Assembly: GCA_013416795.1 (NCBI GenBank) | Contig: RQSC01000196.1 | Location: forward strand, 9,973 to 38,666 | Reading direction: 5' to 3' | DNA from: Prasinococcaceae sp. CCMP 1430 | Lineage: Eukaryota; Plantae; Prasinodermophyta | DNA length: 28,694 nucleotides | Shown: piece after piece, positions 10,544-19,010 of the stretch | Numbering within the stretch: position 1 is the first letter of the stretch | Layout: every line of letters begins with the position of its first letter | Translations under genes and position numbers: made by a program | Notes under the pieces: model-generated | What the model was told of the DNA's origin: nothing | Databases searched by the model: none | The model's input: the letters and a program-made list of their open reading frames with translations, nothing else

Positions 10544-11956
10544 CTACGTGTTCCCCAGCACGACGTGAGCGCCGCCGCGGGCCACGTTCGTGTCGAAGGG
10601 AAGGATGAGCACAGTGGTTCCCAGGTCCACGCGCGCCGCGGTCAGCGCCTCGCGGAAGCTGGCCACCGTCGTTCCAAAGCGGACGTGCCGCACCGCGAGC
10701 GCCTGCTTTGAGTTGACCATGTCGCGACTGGAGGCGAGCAGTGCGGCGGCGTGCGCCACGCTCTCCGACGTGCGAAACGTCCTGAGGTGGTCCACGTGCG
10801 ACTGTCGCGACTGCCGCATGCAGATCTCCAGGTCGATGCCGTTGATCCATCTCTGCACGACGTTGATCGCCAGCGAGAGCGCACACATGCCGCCCATGTT
10901 TGTGGTGCCGATGTGCGAGTCCCACTCGGGCGGGATGAAGCGACGCAGCATGAAGGCGGGGTGCCCGCCGGGAACGCTGCCGGCCCAGCTCACGCAGGTC
11001 GTGCCGACCGCGGCACGTCCCTTCCTCATGACGGCCTGGAGGCCGAGAGAGCGCTCCCTTTGCAATTGCGCGCGCTCCGAGGTCGCAGTGAAGCGAAGCA
11101 TCCCGCGCGAGCGGCCGCAGGAGTCGCGGTCGGCCATCGCGGCGTACATCTGCTCGATGGGGCATGACCAGAAGGCGCCGTACTTCAGCGGGTGCACGTC
11201 GGCCATCATGAGGTCGAGGGCGCCGCCTTCCGGGCCGCTGCACCGCTCCACGAGCTCGCCGATCGCCTTGAAGCTCGCGTCGAGGCCGAGGTCGACCATC
11301 GCGGCGTGGAGCTCGCGCTGCGCCCTCGTGCTGGCGGGGACCGCGCCCATCAGCAGGCTGAAGTGCCCGCCGCCACCCGTCGGCCAGCCGTGCGCCATCC
11401 CCGAGTGGAAGTTGAGCGCGAGCACGTCGTTCGCGCCGGCCGCAGCGGCGGCGATGCAAGCGGTGCGGAAGCCGGCAAGCGTATTGCCTGATAGCTCGTC
11501 GAAGTGGTAGCACTCGACGCTCACTGGCAGGCTGGCCCGTTCGACGTATCGCAGCGCCAGCTCGTGCGTCTCGGCCAACGTCATGCCGTCCCCGACCGCA
11601 GACTCGATGGGCACCTTCACCAGCGTGATCACGTCGTCCACGGAGGTCGGATGGCCCATCAGCGTCAGCGCGTGGGCGACGGCGGTGGTTTGGCACATGT
11701 TGAGCTCCTGCTGCACCTCGCTGGCGGCCTCGAGCTCGACGAAGCGCAGCGCCTCCTTGACGCCCGCGAACGACCGCTGCGCGGCGTCCGGGCCGCCCGC
11801 GCGCGCGTTGTGCGCGGCGAGCGCGGCTTCGACGCAGCTCTCGGCCTGCTCGCGGGTGTGCTGCTCAGACGGCACGCCCTGGCGCCCGCCGCTGCCCGCC
11901 TTGGCCGTCCGCCCGGCGGGGGGCGCCGGCGCCACCTGCGAGACTCCACATCCCAT
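10544..11956 (-). CDS. Phytochelatin-synthase-like (papain-fold) protein with N-terminal MGCxxS acylation motif; N-terminal part of the fused locus, ending at an in-frame TAG
   Basis: QQELNMC (Q82/C88), GMTLAE, FR, LNF, GGGHFS (H198), MMADVHPLKYGAFW (D253) and SRGML parallel the PCS motifs QxxxxxC, GHFSP, LDVARFKYPPHW and RG. A second degenerate repeat starts at about residue 340. Confidence 0.8.
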   Translation of the reverse strand: MGCGVSQVAPAPPAGRTAKAGSGGRQGVPSEQHTREQAESCVEAALAAHNARAGGPDAAQRSFAGVKEALRFVELEAASEVQQELNMCQTTAVAHALTLMGHPTSVDDVITLVKVPIESAVGDGMTLAETHELALRYVERASLPVSVECYHFDELSGNTLAGFRTACIAAAAAGANDVLALNFHSGMAHGWPTGGGGHFSLLMGAVPASTRAQRELHAAMVDLGLDASFKAIGELVERCSGPEGGALDLMMADVHPLKYGAFWSCPIEQMYAAMADRDSCGRSRGMLRFTATSERAQLQRERSLGLQAVMRKGRAAVGTTCVSWAGSVPGGHPAFMLRRFIPPEWDSHIGTTNMGGMCALSLAINVVQRWINGIDLEICMRQSRQSHVDHLRTFRTSESVAHAAALLASSRDMVNSKQALAVRHVRFGTTVASFREALTAARVDLGTTVLILPFDTNVARGGAHVVLGNT

Positions 11957-12289
11957 CGCGAGGCCGGATGCGGGCGGTCTCGATCAGCTCTCCGCGCGCG
12001 TGTGCGCGCGCGTGTGTGCGTGTATGTACGCGCGTGCGTGCAGGCGTGCTTGACAATCTCGCCCGATGGCGGCCCTGGCAGCGAGCGAGTCCGCGTCAGC
12101 GGAGGGCGCCGAGCACGACGGATCGCGGCCTCTGCACCCTGCAGCACGGGCAGTCGCACGCGCGGCGCACGGCCGCTCCGAAGGCGGCCGCGGGCCTGCT
12201 CCGGGCGCTGTGGCGCCGCCAACCGCTCTCTCTCTCTCACTCTCTGGCGCGAGCGTGCGTTCGCGCTCGCCCGCACCCCGCGCGCACGG

Positions 12290-12450
12290 ACGCACACGCA
12301 CGCACACGCACGCACGCACGCGCGGTGCGCACGCACGCACGCACGCACACGCACGCACGCACGCGCGGTGCGCACGCACGCACGCACGCACACGCACGCA
12401 CGCACGCGCGGTGCGCACGCACGCACGCACGCACACGCACGCACGCACAC
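12290..12450. repeat. 43-bp tandem minisatellite (~3.5 copies) built from ACGC units, probably in a 5' UTR intron or upstream region of the PCS-like gene
   Basis: Marker CGCGGTGCGC recurs at 12321, 12364 and 12407 (period 43). Confidence 0.85.
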
Positions 12451-12753
12451 GGCGCGCGCCACCGCCCCTGCGCGGCGGCGGCTGCGGCGCCGTCGACGGC
12501 GCCATCACGGCGCCATCGGTCCCGACCATCGTCGCGAACCCTCCCCACCGCGGCCTACCCAAATAGCCCAAAAAAGTCCCCCAAGTCCCAATTTTTCCAA
12601 TTGGAAATGGCGACAACCCAAAGCGCGCGCTCGGGGAACCGCCCAGTTCGGCAGTTGCTAGTTTCTCCCAACGGTCTCTCAACAGATTTTACATACAACA
12701 TCTAATTTTACATCATCTTTACCCACGGCTGACCTCTACACAACCACCGGCAT

Positions 12754-12754
12754 G

Positions 12755-12825
<71 letters not shown>
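12754..12825. repeat. (GCAG)18 microsatellite
   Basis: Seen directly in the sequence. Confidence 0.95.
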
Positions 12826-12826
<1 letters not shown>

Positions 12827-13002
12827 CGCTCGTGGGATGAGAGGGGGGATTTACATGGGAAACACATTGGCCTCGTCGGCCCGAGGGGGGCGTACAGGAG
12901 GTGGAGGTGCTCGTCGCCCGGCAGGCACGCCGCTGGCGACGCGCACCGCGCGCCGCCCGCCCTCGGAGGCGCACCGGCGGGCGCGCGCAGAGATCGGCAG
13001 AG

Positions 13003-16000
13003 CTAGGAGAGCGCGACGCTCTGCGAGACGTGGATGCTGCTGATCTCGCTCCAGCGGCTCACGTACGAGTCCTCGGCGCGTCCGCCGCCCTCGGCGCCGC
13101 GCTCGCGGCGGCGTTGACGGCCGCGGTCCTCCGACGGCGCAGTCTCCAGCCAGCTGCTCGGGTCGGCCGCCGCCGTCGCGCGCACGCTGTCGAGAAGCTC
13201 CTTGCAGGGGGTCAGGCCCGCCCCGGAGCCCGAGCGCCGCGCGTGTGATGGCGGCCGGCGCGAGCCCGCGGCGCTCGCGCGGTGCGATTGGCCCTTGACA
13301 GGGCTGAGGATGCCTGCCTTGCGCCCGCTGCCGCCGACGTCGCGCCGCCCGCGGCCCGTGGGCTGCTGCGACGACGCGCGGTGGTGCGCGGACGCGGAGC
13401 CGCCCGCGCCGCCGCCGACGACTCTCGCGAGCACCCGGCGCAGCTCCCTGGCCGCCGACGGCTCGCGGCCGTCCTCCGGGCGCATCTCGTCGCCGAGCGC
13501 GCGGCTCAGCGTGCCGCGAAAGTAGGCTGTGAGCGCCTCCAGAAGGGCGGTGGCGGCCTGCGGCGAGGCGTCCCCCTTGCGACGCCTGTCAGGGTGGCCG
13601 TACGCAACGCCCGCATCGGCGCCGCGCGTGGGGCCGAGCCCGCCGTTGTACAGCGCTGCGCGGAGCGTCTGCGCGGACCGCGCCCACACGCCGCGGCACA
13701 CCTCCTTGAACACGCGCGGCGCGAGCGCGCCTGCGAGCGGGCCCACGGCGTCGTCGAGGTCTGCGGGCAGCCCAGGCGACGTGCCCGTACCCGCATTGCC
13801 CCTGCAGAGCGCAGCGTACATCTCGGGCGCCTCGGCGAGCACGGCGGACACGTCCGCCAGCGACGCGGCCATGGCCACGCCGCCACCGCCAAGGGCGGCG
13901 CGCGCAACCTCGTCCTCGAGCTCGGTCACCGCCGCGGCGTACAGGCCCTCGAGCGTGAGCGCCGATGCGCGCAGCTGCGCGCTGGCGGCCGCAGCTGCGG
14001 CCTTCGCGCGCGCGCCACATTCCTCCGTCGGTGCGCCCTCCGCGAGCTCGCGCAACGCGGCATGCACGGAGCGGCGCGCGGCATCGAGCATGTGCTTGAG
14101 CGTGTTGAGGTACGCAGCACGCGCGGGGGTCACCAGGCGGAAGCGGTCGCGCACGAGCGCGTGCTCGGCAGAGCGCGCGCCACCGCGCGGCGAGCCGGGC
14201 GAGTCGGCCAATGGCTCGCCGCCCAGGCAGGCCGTGAGGCGTCCGCACGCGCGGGCAACCTTCTCAAGGCTCTTGCGCATCGACTCGGCGGCGGAGAGCG
14301 ATGCCTCGGCCTCTCTGACCTGAGCCCACCACTCAACCAGCGTCTCGAGCGCAGCCGCGTCGATGTCGGCGGCCGCCTTCCCAAGCGCGGGAAACACCTC
14401 GTCGGGCCACGTGGCTGCCAGTGGGGCAAGCGGTGCCACACTGTCGACGAGGCCGTGGTACGCGTCGGCCACGAAGCTCAGGCAGCCGCTGCCTCTGGCG
14501 CCGCTCGTCAGCGCGTAGGTCGCGCCGTTCGCCAGCGGCGCGCCGCGGCGTGCGGGCGGCGGCGGCGGCACCGACGCCATCCTCACGAAGCGCTGAGCCA
14601 GCCCGGTGACCCACTGCTGCACCGCCTCGCCGTAGGCATCCATGCCATCCAGCACGACATGGGGCAGTCCCCAGCTCGAAAGCGCGATGCGGCACTCGCG
14701 CAGCGCAACGGCAGCGCGCACCGACGCCGCGATGGCCTCGGGCGAGACAGTTGTACAGGCGGCGGCCTCCGCCGCCGCGCGCGCGGCAATGCACAGCCTC
14801 CGCCCGAGGACCGCCGCGGCAATGACCGCGAAGCTCGGCGCGTCCTCGACCGGAACGTCGTTCCAAGAGCGAACGATGCGCTCCACTGCGAGATCGTTCC
14901 GCACCTCTTCTGCAACGGCGCCTGCGAGCAGCGCCAGACGCTCTGCGGTGACTGCTGTCGGGTCAGGGCGCGCGCGCTCCGCCTCGATGCAAGCGTCAGA
15001 CCGCGGCGATTCGTCGTCACTCGACGCGCCCGAGCTGCTCGAGTCCCCCGGTCCTTCGGCGTGGTCTGTGCCAGCAGCCAACTTCAGCCCAGAGCGGCAC
15101 GTTCTCGTGCATGCACCCTGCTGTGTGGCAGCGGCGGCCCTCACGCTCATCTCGCGCCACAGCGACTCAGCGCCCTTTCGCAGGCTTGCGTCCGACTCGG
15201 TCAAAACGCCGAGCATGTTGCGCAGGCGAAGCGCCGCGTGCAGGGAGCGCAGGGAGCTGCTTTCGCGCCGACCGAGCGTGCGGTACTCGGCCAGCGCGCG
15301 ATCGCAGAGCGCGACAGCTCTCTCCGAGGCCTCCGCGAGCAGCACGCGCTCCCGGCGCGCGAGTGCGTCCGTGGAGACCGATGCCGACGCGACTCGGGTG
15401 GGTTCGCCGAGTAATTCTTCGAGGAGCGCCATGCATTCGGCAGAGCAACTTGCAAAGCCGTGGAGGCAATGCAGCGCGTAGCGGATCGCCTGGTAGTGCC
15501 TGCTTACGCCAAAGCGCAGGGCAACCGAGTCCAGCAGCCACTGCCACTCGCTCGCACAGCGAAGATGGCGCGGGCCCACCAGCGACGTGTGCAGCGCGGC
15601 ACACACGAGCGCATCGTACGTCTCGTGTGCCGATACGGGCGCGAAGGGGACAGCCACAGCCCCCCTCGCCACTGCCGAGGTGGTGTCGAGCGTACCCTGC
15701 GCTAGGACGTGCTCATCCACATCGACTGGGCCATGGGCTTCCTCGCCGGCGACGCCGCTGTGCGCGTAGCTTTCCGCTTCCACCACGCGCAGGAGAAGCG
15801 CAGCCTCGCCGGCGAACTCGCCCTCGCAGTCCCCTTCAACTCGCGTGAAGCGAAGGGTGTGCACCGCCCCGTCGTGGCTCTCCCGGGGGCGCCGATCTCG
15901 GACCGGCAGGCACCGCATGGAAACGAGGTCGGGGCGGTCATCGGCACCGCAGACCTCGTCGTCTTCGTCGGACTCGGTGGCAAGCGGGACGCTCTCGGGT

Positions 16001-17823
16001 GCGTCGCGCCCAGCGGCGGCCAGCGCCGCGCGCAGAGCGGGCCAGGGCACCGCTGCCGAGAAGCACGCGCCGCCTGCACGCACCCAGACCGTGAGCCCCG
16101 CACCGCGAGGCTGCTCGCCATACGAGGGCAACGCGTCCGTCGCGCGTGGCTCCCGGCCTTCTGCAGCATCGTCGCTGCCAGGCGCCTCGAAAGGCACGAG
16201 GTAGCGCGACGCGGCGTCACCGAGGTCGAGCGCGCATTTGACGGGCTCGCGCCTCCGCATTGGTGCCGAGGCCCTCACCGCGTCGTCCCCCTCGCCGAGC
16301 GACACGCTCACACTCGCACCCTTGCGAAAGAGAAGCGCGCGCGATCGGTGCCGCGAGACGGCGCCCTTCAGATCGGCCACCGTGAGGAGGAGCTCGCGCG
16401 GGGGCTGCGACTGTGGTTCGGCCTCGGGCTCGTCTTCCCCGTCGTCGTCCTCGGTCTCAGTGCAGGACTCCTCCGCAAACATGCCGGCGTTGCCGTCCGC
16501 ATCGAGCAAGGGCCCGTCCAGCGCGAGTGCGCATCGCAGAGCCGCACCGTCGTCGTCGACGAAGACGAGGGCGTGCCGCGCCCCCGGCTCGTGCGGCTCG
16601 GTGCGCAGCGCCGTGTGCACCGCCGCGCGGGTGGCCGCGTCGGCGGCCGCGAGGCGATGCGCCAGAGGCACGTGGCGCGGGGCTTCGGGGAGGTATGCCT
16701 CGCGCTTTCTCTCACCGACGGAGTACGACTGCCTCCCCGTCGCGCCGGGGCGAGGAGGCGCCGCGGCGTCGGACTCACTGGGGCTGTCGAATACGGGGGC
16801 GCGCATCGTCTTGCCGACGCTCTGCAGCACGTGGAGGGCCACGCGCTGGTAGGGCGTTGTCGCATTGGCGGGCGTGACCGGCAGCCGCAGCTCCGCGCCC
16901 AAGGGCAGGTGCTCCGGCAACGCCGACCGCGCCTGGGGCTTCTCCGCGCGCGCGCCACGCGCCCGGCTGCGGGAGCCAGCCCGCGCGCTGCCACCTGCAT
17001 GGCCGGCGTCCTCATCGTCGCTCGGTCCAACGCGCTCATGTTCGACGCGCGCCTCCTCTTGATGCTCCGGCGTGTGCTCGAGGCGGACGTCGTCAGCGTC
17101 GACCGCCTCGCGCTCGGCCTGAAGCGCCGGCGCCATGGTCGGCGTTGCAGCGTCGGCGCTGTAGCGCCTCTGCGAGGGAGCCTGCGCGTGCTCACTGCCG
17201 CCCAACAAGCTCGCGAGCCCGCCGCCAAGCGAGGCGATCGAATTGGCCAGGTAGCCCCCAGGGCCACGGCGTCGAGAGCCCTGCGGCGTCGCGTGCGACG
17301 GAGAGGCCGCGCCGCGCTTCTCGAAGCTGCCGCGAGTCGACGCGCGCCGCGCCCCGCCGTTGGCATTCTCGGCGCTCGGCGCGTGCATGTCGTTCTCATC
17401 GCGCGCCGACTCGCGCCTTCGCGCATCGGCGACCGCCGGCGAGTATCCACCGAATCCGGTGCCGAAGCTCGGCTCGCGCGGCGCGACGCCCGCGCTGGAC
17501 GCCGGCGAGGCGGCCTCGGGCGCGTCGGCCATCGGCGGGGTCACCTCGCAGCCAACCGGCGCGTCCTCGTCGCCGACGGACGCGCGCCAGCTCGCGCCGT
17601 GCGAGGCGTTGTCTGGCGCATGCGCGTCGGCGTGCAGTGCGCCCAGAGCCCCGTCCCCCTCGGCGTCGCCATCGATCCCCGCCGCCGGCGTCACCGGCGG
17701 CGCGTGCGCGCCCTCCTCGAAGGGCGACCGAATGCCGTCGGAGAACACGCCCGACGAGCGCACGGACGCGGCCGACGGCGTGCCGCCGCCGCCGCCGAGC
17801 GACGCGGAGGCGCGCGCGGACGC
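13003..17823 (-). CDS. Large uncharacterized protein of the At4g24610/At5g48310 plant family (helical, Munc13/PATROL-like by inference) with a long disordered N-terminus; start uncertain
   Basis: Uninterrupted frame of ~1600 codons. PVSAHETYDALV..WQWLLDSVALRFGVSRHYQAIRY..ECMALLEELL..AEYRTL and RVFKEVCRGVW..LGDEMRPEDGREP..ELRRVL resemble the conserved blocks of this family as I recall them. A possible acceptor (ccgcAG) lies at 17824; the first in-frame ATG is at 17532. Confidence 0.7.
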   Translation of the reverse strand, partial: ASARASASLGGGGGTPSAASVRSSGVFSDGIRSPFEEGAHAPPVTPAAGIDGDAEGDGALGALHADAHAPDNASHGASWRASVGDEDAPVGCEVTPPMADAPEAASPASSAGVAPREPSFGTGFGGYSPAVADARRRESARDENDMHAPSAENANGGARRASTRGSFEKRGAASPSHATPQGSRRRGPGGYLANSIASLGGGLASLLGGSEHAQAPSQRRYSADAATPTMAPALQAEREAVDADDVRLEHTPEHQEEARVEHERVGPSDDEDAGHAGGSARAGSRSRARGARAEKPQARSALPEHLPLGAELRLPVTPANATTPYQRVALHVLQSVGKTMRAPVFDSPSESDAAAPPRPGATGRQSYSVGERKREAYLPEAPRHVPLAHRLAAADAATRAAVHTALRTEPHEPGARHALVFVDDDGAALRCALALDGPLLDADGNAGMFAEESCTETEDDDGEDEPEAEPQSQPPRELLLTVADLKGAVSRHRSRALLFRKGASVSVSLGEGDDAVRASAPMRRREPVKCALDLGDAASRYLVPFEAPGSDDAAEGREPRATDALPSYGEQPRGAGLTVWVRAGGACFSAAVPWPALRAALAAAGRDAPESVPLATESDEDDEVCGADDRPDLVSMRCLPVRDRRPRESHDGAVHTLRFTRVEGDCEGEFAGEAALLLRVVEAESYAHSGVAGEEAHGPVDVDEHVLAQGTLDTTSAVARGAVAVPFAPVSAHETYDALVCAALHTSLVGPRHLRCASEWQWLLDSVALRFGVSRHYQAIRYALHCLHGFASCSAECMALLEELLGEPTRVASASVSTDALARRERVLLAEASERAVALCDRALAEYRTLGRRESSSLRSLHAALRLRNMLGVLTESDASLRKGAESLWREMSVRAAAATQQGACTRTCRSGLKLAAGTDHAEGPGDSSSSGASSDDESPRSDACIEAERARPDPTAVTAERLALLAGAVAEEVRNDLAVERIVRSWNDVPVEDAPSFAVIAAAVLGRRLCIAARAAAEAAACTTVSPEAIAASVRAAVALRECRIALSSWGLPHVVLDGMDAYGEAVQQWVTGLAQRFVRMASVPPPPPARRGAPLANGATYALTSGARGSGCLSFVADAYHGLVDSVAPLAPLAATWPDEVFPALGKAAADIDAAALETLVEWWAQVREAEASLSAAESMRKSLEKVARACGRLTACLGGEPLADSPGSPRGGARSAEHALVRDRFRLVTPARAAYLNTLKHMLDAARRSVHAALRELAEGAPTEECGARAKAAAAAASAQLRASALTLEGLYAAAVTELEDEVARAALGGGGVAMAASLADVSAVLAEAPEMYAALCRGNAGTGTSPGLPADLDDAVGPLAGALAPRVFKEVCRGVWARSAQTLRAALYNGGLGPTRGADAGVAYGHPDRRRKGDASPQAATALLEALTAYFRGTLSRALGDEMRPEDGREPSAARELRRVLARVVGGGAGGSASAHHRASSQQPTGRGRRDVGGSGRKAGILSPVKGQSHRASAAGSRRPPSHARRSGSGAGLTPCKELLDSVRATAAADPSSWLETAPSEDRGRQRRRERGAEGGGRAEDSYVSRWSEISSIHVSQSVALS

Positions 17824-17914
17824 CTGCGGCGGAGCAGGCGGCGAAACCCACCCCGGGTGTAGCCCGCCAGACTTCGGGGTGTCGCCCGCGCATGGTTTGA
17901 GTTTTTGTGCAAAC

Positions 17915-18241
17915 CCGGGTGTACGCGCTCCGAACCCCGGTGTAGCCCGCGAGACCTCGGCGGGGTCGCCACCGCGCGGGTTGAGGTTTCGTGCTCTGTT
18001 GACCGGCGCGGGCGCCGTTATTTCGGGTAGGGTCTGTCGTAGCTCATTTGGTAATGACGCGCGTACATACCCTGTTGTGGTGCGTACATCTGGGTTATGA
18101 TTTCGTACCACACCGGGTGTACGCGCTCCGAACCCCGGTGTAGCCCGCGAGACCTCGGCGGGGTCGCCACCCCGCGGGTTGAGGTTTCGTGCTCTGTTGA
18201 CCGGCGCGGGCGCCCTTATTTCGGGTAGGGTCTGTCGCAGC
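17915..18241. repeat. 129-bp direct repeat, 2 copies (17915-18043 and 18113-18241), 198-bp period, 3 mismatches
   Basis: Direct alignment of the two copies. Confidence 0.92.
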
Positions 18242-18628
18242 CGTTGGCTGCCGGGGCGCGCCGATCGGCCGCCGGCCACACAAAGAGCGCGAAAAGCGCA
18301 GCGCGGGCGGAAAGTGGCAACTTACGGGGTCTGAAATTGTAAATCTCCGCATTTTTAATGTATTTAATTACATTTGCGTATCATCAGAAGCGAGGGTGTG
18401 ACAAATTACCCGTAATTTTGTGTGAGACTGTGTGTCGTGTGTGTGTTGTGTGTGTGACACTGTGCGTGTGACACTGTGTGTGCGTGTGTGTGTGTGTGTG
18501 TCACACCCGTGCACACACACACACGTGCCGTCCGCCATGCCGGAGGACGCCAAGGAGGAGGCCTCGCCCGCCGCGCCCGCCGCGCCCGCGCCGTTCACCT
18601 TCGGCGCGGGCGCGGCCGGCGGCGGCCG

Positions 18629-18967
18629 ATGCCGCCGCCGCGCAGCGCGCTCGTGGAGTGCCCGTGCTGCGGGCGGGCGGTGCCCGAGCCGTCGCTCAAC
18701 ATGCACCTCGACACCGACTGTAAGGGCGGCGCGCAGGAGCCGACGCAGCAGCGGCCGCAGCAGCACACGCAGCAAAACACGCAGCTGCCGCCGCCGAAGC
18801 AGCAGCAGCAGCAGCAGCAGCAGCCCCAACGAGTCGAGCCCTCCCCCGCCGCGCCGCTGGCGCCGGTCTTCCTCAAGCCGGCGGGGCGCGTCGCTCTCGT
18901 GCGCCATGGCCGACAGCGCTTCTACGGCGCGCCGCCGGCGATGCGAGAGGACGGTGCGTGAAACGCG

Positions 18968-19010
<43 letters not shown>

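Noticed and set aside
10544-10546. Genome-wide TAG reassignment, selenocysteine or pyrrolysine
   Set aside because: TAG is the normal stop of HOP, the CH/JHY gene and the sulfotransferase in this window. Selenocysteine uses TGA, and pyrrolysine is not known in eukaryotes.
12290-12450. CRISPR-like array
   Set aside because: Head-to-tail low-complexity units with no unique spacers, in a eukaryotic context with no cas genes.
18420-18527. Hairpin or MITE formed by TG and CA tracts
   Set aside because: The complementarity comes only from dinucleotide repeats. No clear terminal inverted repeats or target-site duplication.
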